Shown here piece after piece: positions 20,333-28,905 of a stretch of DNA of 64,000 nucleotides (within the stretch, counting starts at the first letter, position 1; each line of letters begins with the position of its first letter). The stretch comes from Cryomorpha ignava (lineage in GTDB: Bacteria; Bacteroidota; Bacteroidia; Flavobacteriales_F; PHOS-HE28). The position numbers and the translations under genes are program-made. The stretch lies in contig JBEBYG010000019.1 of the NCBI GenBank assembly GCA_040391235.1, positions 4,491-68,490 on the forward strand. The letters run 5' to 3'. Under the pieces are notes generated by a model. It saw only the letters and a program-made list of their open reading frames with translations. It had not been told where the DNA came from and did no database searches.

Positions 20333-21481
20333 ATGAGAACCATTCTATCCCTGCTTTTCGTGGTCCGGATCGCGCTTTTTGTGAATGCGCAATCATTTCC
20401 AGTTGGCTCCACATCCTTGACCCTGCACGATGATACACGCAACCGGGATGTTCCCTGCACGGTCTACTATCCGGCCGTAGCCGCAGGTGCCGAGCAATTG
20501 GTGGCGTCGGGGGCTTTCCCTACGCTGATATTCGGCCATGGCTTCGTAATGGCAGTAAGTGCCTATGCATATGTCGGACAGCACTATGCCGGTATTGGAT
20601 ACATCGTTGCATTGCCAAGCACCGAAGGTGGCATTTCACCGAACCATGGCCGTTTTGGCGAGGACCTGGCGTTCGTTTCCAATGCGTTCCAAGGCTTGGG
20701 CACGGACGCAGCTTCGATCTTCAATGGACATGTGGCTCCTGCTTCCGCATTGATGGGACATTCCATGGGTGGTGGAGCGGCCATACTTGGCGCATCAGGA
20801 AATAGCGAGATACAAGCGGTTGTAGTATTGGCTCCTGCGGAAACAACCCCCAGTGCCATCGCAGCAGCCGCGCAGATCTCCGTGCCCACGTTGATCATCG
20901 CTGCGAGCGAGGATTGCGTTACCCCGATCGCCCAGCACAGCCAGCCCATGTATGATGCCACCGGAGCCAGCTGCAAGGCGTTCGTGAACATCCTCGGTGG
21001 AGGCCATTGCTATTTCGGCGATTCCAGCCCCACCTGCTCCTTGGGTGAACTCACTTGCGGACCTAACCTTACGATCAGCCGCCAAGAACAACACCAAGCC
21101 GTATTGGATGTTGCCGACCTCTGGCTTGAACGTTTTCTGATCGGCATACCACAAGCCCTTATCACGTTCTCTGATACACTTGCCAACTCCCCGCGCTTCA
21201 CCTCCCAGTTCGAATGCCTTGCCACAGGGGTGGCCCCCTTGCCTTCGGAAGTTCCGTTCACGGCCCAATGGATGGCCGGCACACATTCCGTAGCTCTCTT
21301 GGGATTGCTTTTGAATGACGTCATCGATATTTACGATGTCACGGGTAAAACCCTTGCACAAGGCACTGCCACTTCGGATCGTTCCATGTTGAAGATCCCT
21401 TCCGCCGTGAATGGAATTCTGTTGGTCCGGATACAGCGTGATGGACAGAGCTATCTGAGGCGCGTGCTTGCCATTGATTAA
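20333..21481 (+). CDS. Secreted alpha/beta hydrolase (chlorophyllase/cutinase-like) with degenerate T9SS CTD
   Basis: HGF oxyanion loop, GHSMGGG nucleophile, SEDCVTP and GGGHCYF triad residues; YDVTGK-type C-terminus. Confidence 0.85.
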   Translation: MRTILSLLFVVRIALFVNAQSFPVGSTSLTLHDDTRNRDVPCTVYYPAVAAGAEQLVASGAFPTLIFGHGFVMAVSAYAYVGQHYAGIGYIVALPSTEGGISPNHGRFGEDLAFVSNAFQGLGTDAASIFNGHVAPASALMGHSMGGGAAILGASGNSEIQAVVVLAPAETTPSAIAAAAQISVPTLIIAASEDCVTPIAQHSQPMYDATGASCKAFVNILGGGHCYFGDSSPTCSLGELTCGPNLTISRQEQHQAVLDVADLWLERFLIGIPQALITFSDTLANSPRFTSQFECLATGVAPLPSEVPFTAQWMAGTHSVALLGLLLNDVIDIYDVTGKTLAQGTATSDRSMLKIPSAVNGILLVRIQRDGQSYLRRVLAID

Positions 21482-21555
21482 GCGTTGCTCGCTCTGGGCA
21501 TGCCCAGGTGGAAGAAAGGCGGGCGTTACTTGGCTCCTGAAAGGCACGCAGCCGG

Positions 21556-21723
21556 TCAGGGATCTTTCTTCTTGTGCTTCTCTTTGCGCGTATAGGTTTT
21601 CTTGCTCTTCTCCACCTTCTCGCGGAAGCGGCCATCCAGCGCTCCCTGCTCTTTGCGCTCCTCGCGTACGGCAGCCTGCTCGATCTTCAACAGCTCCTCT
21701 TTGGTGATGCGCTTCTTGGCCAT
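21556..21723 (-). CDS. Small basic protein, ArfA-like
   Basis: 55 aa MAKKRITKEELLKIEQAAVREERKEQGALDGRFREKVEKSKKTYTRKEKHKKKDP; CACTTTTG -7-like element just upstream. Confidence 0.7.
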   Translation of the reverse strand: MAKKRITKEELLKIEQAAVREERKEQGALDGRFREKVEKSKKTYTRKEKHKKKDP

Positions 21724-21812
21724 GGCACTGCAAAAGTGTGGCCTGAACTTGTGAAAACATACATATCGCTTATCACTCGCATTAATTTGTGCCGCCATAA
21801 CCCACCCCCACC

Positions 21813-22817
21813 ATGAAAAAACTGCTTAAGGTATTCGGCGTGCTTCTGCTCGTCATCGTGATCGTCATCTTTGGTGGTCTTACTTATGTCACCCAAGCAT
21901 TACCGAACATTCCCACACCGAAGGATCTGCACGTCGAAATGACGCCGGAGCGTGTGACACGTGGTCAATATTTGGCCAATCACGTCACCGTATGCATGGA
22001 CTGCCACAGCACCCGTGAATGGAATAGATTTTCAGGACCTTTGAAGGCCGGAACCTTGGGAGTGGGTGGCGAGGTGTTTGACCAAGCGATGAACTTCCCC
22101 GGTCGCTTCGTCTCCAAGAACATCACACCGTTCAACCTTGAGAACTGGAGCGATGGTGACATCTATCGCACCATTACCAGTGGGATAAGCAAGGATGGCC
22201 ATGCCCTCTTTCCCGTGATGCCTTATCCATACTATAACAAGCTCGCTACGGAGGATGTGTATAGCATCATTGCCTACCTGCGCACGCTCCCTGCCATTGA
22301 AAGCCATCCTGAAGCATCCACAGCAGAATTTCCGATGAGTGTGATCATGCACACCATACCTGAGGAACCCCACCCGATGGTCTTACCCAAGCAGACGGAT
22401 CCCGACTATGGAGCCTACGTCACCAATGCTGCCGGCTGCCGGGAATGCCATACGAAAATGGAAAAAGGAAAAGCCGTGGGCGAACCCTTCGCAGGAGGCT
22501 TTGAATTCCACTTTCCGAACGGTTCCACTGTACGGTCAGCGAACATCACTCCGGACAAAGCCACCGGCATTGGCGAATGGGACAGAGAGACGTTCATCCG
22601 TAAATTCAAACAGTTCGCTGATAGTTCCTACGTGCCCCTGCCCATTGTCTGGAAAGAACAGGACTTCCAGACCGTGATGCCCTGGGTGATGTATGGCGGC
22701 ATGAGCGAACAGGACCTGGGTGCCATCTACGACTACCTGCACGCGCTTCCACCGGTAGTGAACAAGGTGGAATATTGGTCACCTGCTGAAGCGAAGAAGA
22801 CTGCAGAGGCGCGGTAA
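21813..22817 (+). CDS. Membrane-anchored diheme c-type cytochrome
   Basis: N-terminal TM helix; CMDCH and CRECH heme motifs; NITP and PVMP motifs. Confidence 0.9.
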   Translation: MKKLLKVFGVLLLVIVIVIFGGLTYVTQALPNIPTPKDLHVEMTPERVTRGQYLANHVTVCMDCHSTREWNRFSGPLKAGTLGVGGEVFDQAMNFPGRFVSKNITPFNLENWSDGDIYRTITSGISKDGHALFPVMPYPYYNKLATEDVYSIIAYLRTLPAIESHPEASTAEFPMSVIMHTIPEEPHPMVLPKQTDPDYGAYVTNAAGCRECHTKMEKGKAVGEPFAGGFEFHFPNGSTVRSANITPDKATGIGEWDRETFIRKFKQFADSSYVPLPIVWKEQDFQTVMPWVMYGGMSEQDLGAIYDYLHALPPVVNKVEYWSPAEAKKTAEAR

Positions 22818-22949
22818 ATGCGAACCGCCCTTCGCGAGATCTCAGGGATCGAAGGGCTCAGGACTGCAGAAGGACTGCAAGGACGACGGCTAGTTGGGGC
22901 TGTATCTGTGATGGTAACTTCGAGGTCTCCTCGCGGCAACGGCGTTCCC

Positions 22950-23774
22950 TCATCCGCCCGGATATGCATCCGGGTTCTGATCGGTTGATCGAACAACATC
23001 TCCGATCCTCACCTCACCACCTTCAGGAAACACCGCGTACATCCCAAAACGCACCTTGTTCCCCACGGAGCGGTACGTGGACAGTGTGCGCAAAGGTTCC
23101 GGCGAGCGTTCGCCTGTTTGTTGGTCAGTGGAGGTAATGATGCAACGGGAGCAAGGCTTCAACATACTGAAGCCTTGTTCTCCGATCGTCATCTCCTTCC
23201 AGCCGTCTTCCTGAAAAGCCAGCCCTCCGCTCATGACGAAATTGGGGCGGAAGCGATCCATGGGCACCGGCGTTGCCAGTCGCGAATTCAGATGGTCCAA
23301 TGAAGCTTGTGAGAGGATCAGCGCCGGGAATGAATCATTCAGCGCAACGGGCACTTGAGCATAGCGCGGGTCCGTGATGCGCAGTGTACTGGAAGGCATA
23401 TAGGCCAAGCGCAACGGACGTTGCAGGGTTTCACTGAACCATGTGTGCATGCGTGCATCCGCAAGTAACAGCTCCACTTCATCGTCCCAGACCTTGGCCA
23501 GCACGCGCTCGCCATCGCCCAATGACCAAGGTATATCGATCGTGTTTCCGTTCCGGATATCGGTGACACGGAATCCCATAACCTGCGGCACACAATGCAA
23601 GCAGGCCATCGCCGGACATTTCCGCTGGGAAAGAAAGCTTCCCACCGGATCGATGAGCATCCAGCGGCGGTCGTGTTCCAAGCCGCGGTCGGTCAACCGC
23701 ACCTGCGGTACTGAAAAACCACCGAGGGATTTTATCGGATAGATGTGAATCGAGGCGAGGGTGGTGGTCGTCAT
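22950..23774 (-). CDS. MOSC domain protein (YcbX/mARC-like)
   Basis: IYPIKSLGG, DRRWM, RFRPN and KPCSRC motifs. Confidence 0.92.
   Translation of the reverse strand: MTTTTLASIHIYPIKSLGGFSVPQVRLTDRGLEHDRRWMLIDPVGSFLSQRKCPAMACLHCVPQVMGFRVTDIRNGNTIDIPWSLGDGERVLAKVWDDEVELLLADARMHTWFSETLQRPLRLAYMPSSTLRITDPRYAQVPVALNDSFPALILSQASLDHLNSRLATPVPMDRFRPNFVMSGGLAFQEDGWKEMTIGEQGFSMLKPCSRCIITSTDQQTGERSPEPLRTLSTYRSVGNKVRFGMYAVFPEGGEVRIGDVVRSTDQNPDAYPGG
22957..22974. repeat. Palindromic REP-like element CCCGGATATGCATCCGGG (copy 1)
   Basis: Perfect 18-bp palindrome; related copy at 37926-37945. Confidence 0.55.
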
Positions 23775-25720
23775 GGCGTCATCCGCACCACACGCACCAA
23801 GCGTTCCCCCTGCGGTGTTGAAACCACCAGATGGTAAACCCCAGGCTCCTCCGGCAGCTCACAGCGCCATCCATCTCCGCTGCGGCTGCTCTTCAACGGC
23901 ACGCGTTTGCCCGCCGCATCGTATGCCAACACTTTAGTGGCTCCGGGTGAGGGCACCATAACGAAGCCATCGCGCGTGGGATTCGGGAAAGCCTGTAGTA
24001 CGCTGCGTTGCAGCGCCTGCATGCCGGTACCGAGCACTACCATTGAATCGGCAACCACCAGATCCGGTGTGCCATCGGCGGCGGCGTACATGGCACGAAA
24101 GGCATCGATCCGCGGTGCATTATGGCTGAACATTTCCCGATTCCAGCGCGGCGGCACTTGTTGGAAGTACACCTTCGTCTTCACCTCCACAGCACCTACG
24201 TATCCTGTGGTGGCGATGTGGTAATGGATCACATCGCCGCCATTGCCTTCCGTGCCCAACGCATCGTGGTTGAAGTTCGGATCGATCAAGGCCGATCCGG
24301 CGATCCGCGTGGTATCATAGCTGGCGTGCGAAGTGGTGAAACCGATGGGCGGAATACGGTTGTCCTTCAAGCGATAGGCAGCGCGGAGCAACGTGGTGGT
24401 CACCTCACCGTTCACATCTCCCATCACGAATTCATAGATCTGTACTTGGTCCCCACGGGTGATCACGTCGTGGTGCGGCTCATAGATGGAGTCGTGCCCG
24501 TATACCTCATAGTTGCTGTCCCAGCGACCACTTTGGAAGATCGTATCCCCGGTGGTCGTGAGTGCGATCACTTGCACGAATGCGCGCCTGTTCGGAAACC
24601 CGCTGGGGAATTTGTGTCCAATGATGTTGGTGAGGCCCACTTCAACGAAGAGCGTATCGTCGGTGCGGTCCATCACTTGGGTGTTCATCACGATCGAATT
24701 GCGCAGATGTGCCTGTGTGCGCGCTATGGTGCTATCGAACTGGACAGGCGTGGCGGGTATACCCAAGGCATTGACCTGTTCCTTCATCAGCTTCAGCATG
24801 AAGGTGCCTCCGCCTGCCAGATGGTGCTTCCCGAAAGGCGATTGGCCATTGAGGAAGATGTATTCCGAGGCCAGCTTTACAGAGTCTTGGATCCGCGGCA
24901 TGTGGCAGCTCCGGCAATTCTGTTCGGTGCCGTAATAAACGGAGTTCTTATACTCCTGCCACATGGTCTGCTCGAAGAAGGATTCTCCCGTGAAGTTGCC
25001 ACTGAGGTCCATGGTCTTGTTGATCGCTGTGTGGCAGCCGGCGCACACACTGCCATCCAGGATATGGGAGCCTTGGTCAGGTGTGAAACCGACGAAGAAC
25101 TCCATGATAGCGGGATTGATCTGATCCTGCGTGTATGGACCCCACACGCGGGCACTATCAAAAACCAAGCTGCCAGAGAAGACGTTGCCTCCGGACCCCG
25201 GGTTCTGCATGTGGCAGGCCAGACAGGAGACCCCATCCTGTGCCAGCACACTGGTGTCCAAGTGCGCCATGGTGAAAGGCGGGTTGCCCAGCATCTTCTC
25301 CTCGAAGACGGCGAGTGGTGCATGGCACTTCAGGCAACTGTGTTCCAACTGTTCCTTGTACGCCGGGTTTACCAATCCTTCGTGTTCCATCTTGGCCAGA
25401 AAGAAGGGATCCCGAGCGCTATTGGCCATCATACTGCTGCGCCAGTCGTCCACTACGTTCACATCCTCATCCCCAGCCACCATGGCAATCCCGAGCGAAT
25501 CGTGACCGTGGCAGCCGGCACAACGGCCGGCCGTAACGAAGTAAGTGCCGAACTGCACAGGAAGGCCCTGGATCTGCTCGCGCATGAAGGCCAGTTCGAT
25601 GGGGCTGTGCGGCCCCTTCACCGGTGTGGTGGCAGCGGACCAGCCCACCAATAGAAAAACCAGCGCCAGCAACCCCGTGAGCACGCGGATTTTCCTCGGG
25701 ATCAAGACCTTTCGTTGCAT
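23771..25720 (-). CDS. Pentaheme c-type cytochrome with T9SS CTD
   Basis: CAGCH, CLKCH, CLACH, CAGCH and CRSCH; WRSSMMANSARDP; signal peptide; C-terminal AFPNPT..YDAAGK..PGVYHL. Confidence 0.88.
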   Translation of the reverse strand: MQRKVLIPRKIRVLTGLLALVFLLVGWSAATTPVKGPHSPIELAFMREQIQGLPVQFGTYFVTAGRCAGCHGHDSLGIAMVAGDEDVNVVDDWRSSMMANSARDPFFLAKMEHEGLVNPAYKEQLEHSCLKCHAPLAVFEEKMLGNPPFTMAHLDTSVLAQDGVSCLACHMQNPGSGGNVFSGSLVFDSARVWGPYTQDQINPAIMEFFVGFTPDQGSHILDGSVCAGCHTAINKTMDLSGNFTGESFFEQTMWQEYKNSVYYGTEQNCRSCHMPRIQDSVKLASEYIFLNGQSPFGKHHLAGGGTFMLKLMKEQVNALGIPATPVQFDSTIARTQAHLRNSIVMNTQVMDRTDDTLFVEVGLTNIIGHKFPSGFPNRRAFVQVIALTTTGDTIFQSGRWDSNYEVYGHDSIYEPHHDVITRGDQVQIYEFVMGDVNGEVTTTLLRAAYRLKDNRIPPIGFTTSHASYDTTRIAGSALIDPNFNHDALGTEGNGGDVIHYHIATTGYVGAVEVKTKVYFQQVPPRWNREMFSHNAPRIDAFRAMYAAADGTPDLVVADSMVVLGTGMQALQRSVLQAFPNPTRDGFVMVPSPGATKVLAYDAAGKRVPLKSSRSGDGWRCELPEEPGVYHLVVSTPQGERLVRVVRMTP

Positions 25721-25857
25721 TGGGACCGCAAGTTATACGTAGCAAAATCGAAAATGTGCGGATCCACTCCAGTTGGGACTTCTTCACCACACACCATCGT
25801 TGATGCTTCCGCGTTCCTTTCGCAGCGCCGTAACCCTGTGCTTCTATTTTTGGCCAC

Positions 25858-27510
25858 ATGCAAGCATCACGGATCCTTCGTTCTGAAAAGGGAATGTCCC
25901 ATCGCTTTTTCGCCATCGTTATTGGCATCTGCCTGCTTGCGCTCTTCGCGCCCAGCGTGTCCGCGCAGTCGGTGCAGCCTTACGTTGATCATTGGGACAG
26001 CCTGAAGACCGTGAAGAAGAGCGAGGGCTTGATGGTGAACGGCCGCGAATGGGGCGAGTGGAAATTCTGGGACACCCAAGGCCGCCTCACGGAACAGTCC
26101 GACTTCAAGAGCGGACAACGGGATGGGCACGTAGTGATCTACTACGACAATGGAAAGGTGCAGCATGATGGCTGGATCCATCAAGGTAAACAGGACAGCT
26201 TGATGCAGAGCTTCTACCGCAGCGGCCAATTGATGGAGGAGGGCAACTACCTGAAAGGCGCCAAGCGCGGGCCGTGGAAGTACTACTACCCGGATGGGCG
26301 CAAGTTGTTGACCGAACAATGCGACAAGGACATTTGCCTGAGCATGGATGCCTGGGACCGCGACAGCACCCAGACGCTGAAGAAGGGGGAAGGACTGATC
26401 CGCACCTATTACCCGACCGGTGATACTGCCGAAGTGAGCCATTACCATTTGGGGGTGCTAAGCGGAGAGCAACGGGAATACTGGCCTGCAGGAAACCTGA
26501 AAGCCAAGGGCAATTGGCTCGGCGGCGTGAAGCACGGTGCATGGCAATTCTGGTATTCCACCAGTGTGCCGGAGCGGACTGAGTCTTGGGACAAAGGCAA
26601 GCTCAACGGACCATTCACAACTTGGTTCTCCACAGGCAAGGTGAACGTAACAGGCTTCTATGCAAATGACCTGAAGGACAGTACCTGGACCTGGTACACG
26701 ACCACCGAGGCGCGGGATATGCTCGGCCACTTCAAGGCGGACAAACAGGATGGTCTCTGGAAATACTGGTACCCGAACGGGCAGCTCAGTTCCACCGGGC
26801 TATACCGGGATGGTAAACAGGAAGGTGAATGGGTGTACTACTACGAAGCTGGCCAGAACTGGAAGCGCGGGAACTGGAAGAACGGGGAGAAGGACGGCCT
26901 GTGGACCACGTGGTTCGAAAGCGGAAAAAAACTTCAGGAAGGGAGTTATGTGAACGGGAAAGAGCAAGGACTTTGGGAAAGCTGGTTCGAGAACGGGCAG
27001 CAAAAGGACAAGGGCTCTTTCAAGCAAGGACAAATGGATGGCATCTGGCAAGGCTGGCTACCGGACGGCACCCAGAACTACTTGGCCACGTGGAAGAACA
27101 ACATGAAGAACGGTCCATGGAAAAGCTGGTACGAGAACGGGAAGCCATTTGAGGAAGGCAGTTTCGCGGATGGATTGAAGAGTGGTCGGTGGCTGGAGTA
27201 CAACAAGCGAGGCTTGCCGGTGAGCGAGGGAATGTTCGCAAAGGGAACGCCTACCGGCCGCTGGATCTACTATGACGATGCGGGTGTGAAGCAACGCGAG
27301 CAGGGTTTTTTGAACGGGGCCCCGGATGGCAAGTGCATCGTCTACAACAAGCGCGGCCGGGTCGTTCAGGAAATGAATTACAAGGCCGGGAAGTTGCATG
27401 GGCCGATGATCCAATATGATGGCACCGGCAAGGTGGTTTCAACGGTGGAATATGAGAACGGCACCGTGAAGCGGACCCCGCCACCGACAATACAAAAAGG
27501 ACGTCGCTGA
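25858..27510 (+). CDS. Exported MORN-variant (YwqK-like) repeat protein
   Basis: Many ~24-aa GxWxx(W/Y)(Y/F)xNG..G.(Y/F)..G repeats; signal peptide ending VSA|Q. Alternative start at 25894. Confidence 0.88.
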   Translation: MQASRILRSEKGMSHRFFAIVIGICLLALFAPSVSAQSVQPYVDHWDSLKTVKKSEGLMVNGREWGEWKFWDTQGRLTEQSDFKSGQRDGHVVIYYDNGKVQHDGWIHQGKQDSLMQSFYRSGQLMEEGNYLKGAKRGPWKYYYPDGRKLLTEQCDKDICLSMDAWDRDSTQTLKKGEGLIRTYYPTGDTAEVSHYHLGVLSGEQREYWPAGNLKAKGNWLGGVKHGAWQFWYSTSVPERTESWDKGKLNGPFTTWFSTGKVNVTGFYANDLKDSTWTWYTTTEARDMLGHFKADKQDGLWKYWYPNGQLSSTGLYRDGKQEGEWVYYYEAGQNWKRGNWKNGEKDGLWTTWFESGKKLQEGSYVNGKEQGLWESWFENGQQKDKGSFKQGQMDGIWQGWLPDGTQNYLATWKNNMKNGPWKSWYENGKPFEEGSFADGLKSGRWLEYNKRGLPVSEGMFAKGTPTGRWIYYDDAGVKQREQGFLNGAPDGKCIVYNKRGRVVQEMNYKAGKLHGPMIQYDGTGKVVSTVEYENGTVKRTPPPTIQKGRR

Positions 27511-27579
27511 TCCAGCGCTTTCATTCGCAGACCGGTGCTGGCGGATAGCGTGGAGATCTGATGCCACCCCTGAACGTGA

Positions 27580-27609
27580 GAAAGCCCCGGCTAGTAGCCG
27601 AGGCTTTTC
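27580..27609. terminator. Bidirectional intrinsic terminator
   Basis: GAAAGCCCCGGCT..AGCCGAGGCTTTTC stem between convergent genes. Confidence 0.7.
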
Positions 27610-27657
27610 CACCTGTCCGTTTTGAGCCCCGTCAAGAGGGAAGAACTCGTGCTGTGT

Positions 27658-27834
27658 TCATCGGTAGCCGTTGATGTAAGCGTTCGCGATCAACTCGCTT
27701 TCCCTTACCAGCCCCTGCACGATCTCCCGGATCAACTCGTCGAGCTGAATGTCCGAGTATCGCTGCAGGTCGTTGTACACATGCGACTTGCGCTTGCTGC
27801 TCTTGATGAAGGCTATCTTATCCTTCTTCGTCAT
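27658..27834 (-). CDS. Small 58-aa hypothetical protein, missing from the ORF track
   Basis: Manual translation MTKKDKIAFIKSSKRKSHVYNDLQRYSDIQLDELIREIVQGLVRESELIANAYINGYR; host-like codon usage; terminator downstream. Confidence 0.75.
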   Translation of the reverse strand: MTKKDKIAFIKSSKRKSHVYNDLQRYSDIQLDELIREIVQGLVRESELIANAYINGYR

Positions 27835-28244
27835 AGGCCCTTCAACGGCAACAGCGGGGAAAAGGATCCATTGAAGGAGAAATAATCTTTTCCCGGATGC
27901 TCCGATCGAACGAAGGCCCTTGCAGGAGCGCTATGGCGGAGAGGCTATTCAGGCTTACGCCATGGCCACCACGGGTCTACTCCGCAGCGCAAACAGTAGG
28001 CGCAGCGCGTGCAGGTAACGTTCCACGTTGCCATCCAACATCATGCGGGTGGCTGCTTGCTGTAATTTTTGGGCACGTTCGATATTGGGTTGCATCGTAG
28101 GTGGATGTTTGGGTTTGGCCAAAGGGAAACCAACGGCGTGCCAAACTCAAGGAAGCGATGCGTGGAGCGGGGTGGCGGGAAAATTTGGGGGCAAGCTTTC
28201 CACAGGCTTCCCCAATATGGTGCAATGCCCTACTTTCGTCCCCG

Positions 28245-28889
28245 ATGCATCAGGGCTCCTACCTAGTTGGTGTGGCCGGAGGCAGTGGATCGGGGAAGAC
28301 AACCTTGGTCCGCGCACTCCGAGACCTACTCCCTTCCGAAAGTGTGTGCATCGTATCCCAGGACGATTATTACCTGCCCATCGAACGGCAGCTGAAGGAC
28401 GCCAATGGCCGCGTGAATTTCGACCTGCCCACCGCCTTGGATCTGGATCTGTTGGCCGAGGACCTGCGCTGTTTGGCTCAAGGAGAAGCCGTCTATCGGA
28501 AAGAGTATACCTACAACATGGCCACCGAACCCAAGTGGATGGAGATCCGTCCGGCCCGGGTGATCTTGGTGGAAGGCCTTTTCCTCTTTCACCACCCCGG
28601 TTTGCGCGAGCTGTTCGACCTGAAGGTGTTCGTAGAGGCGAGTGAGGAGGTCCAACTTCTTCGTCGCATTGCACGGGACGAGCGAGAGCGTGGTTACCCC
28701 TTGGCCGATGTGATGTACCAGTGGGAGAATCACGTGATGCCCGCCTACCGCGAACACCTGCTACCCTACCGCCACCAGTGCGACCTGCACGTGGTGAATG
28801 AGCATCGGTATGAGCGAGCCTTAGGTGTATTGCGGGACCATTTGGCCCAGCGCACCGGCGTTGAGGCGCTCATTGCACAGAGCGCGTAG
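28245..28889 (+). CDS. udk: Uridine kinase
   Basis: GVAGGSGSGKTT, SQDDYY, NFDLP and RDERERG motifs. Start moved to ATG 28245. Confidence 0.88.
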   Translation: MHQGSYLVGVAGGSGSGKTTLVRALRDLLPSESVCIVSQDDYYLPIERQLKDANGRVNFDLPTALDLDLLAEDLRCLAQGEAVYRKEYTYNMATEPKWMEIRPARVILVEGLFLFHHPGLRELFDLKVFVEASEEVQLLRRIARDERERGYPLADVMYQWENHVMPAYREHLLPYRHQCDLHVVNEHRYERALGVLRDHLAQRTGVEALIAQSA

Positions 28890-28905
28890 TACAGCACTCT
28901 GCGCG

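Noticed and set aside
25858-27510. Toxin-antitoxin system suggested by the YwqK-like repeats
   Set aside because: The protein has a signal peptide and no adjacent toxin; this is a generic MORN-variant repeat protein.
27839-27894. SAM-II riboswitch assignment for the pseudoknot-like leader
   Set aside because: The conserved SAM-II sequence elements (UUGCAA, GCUAAA) are not visible; kept only as an unassigned structure.
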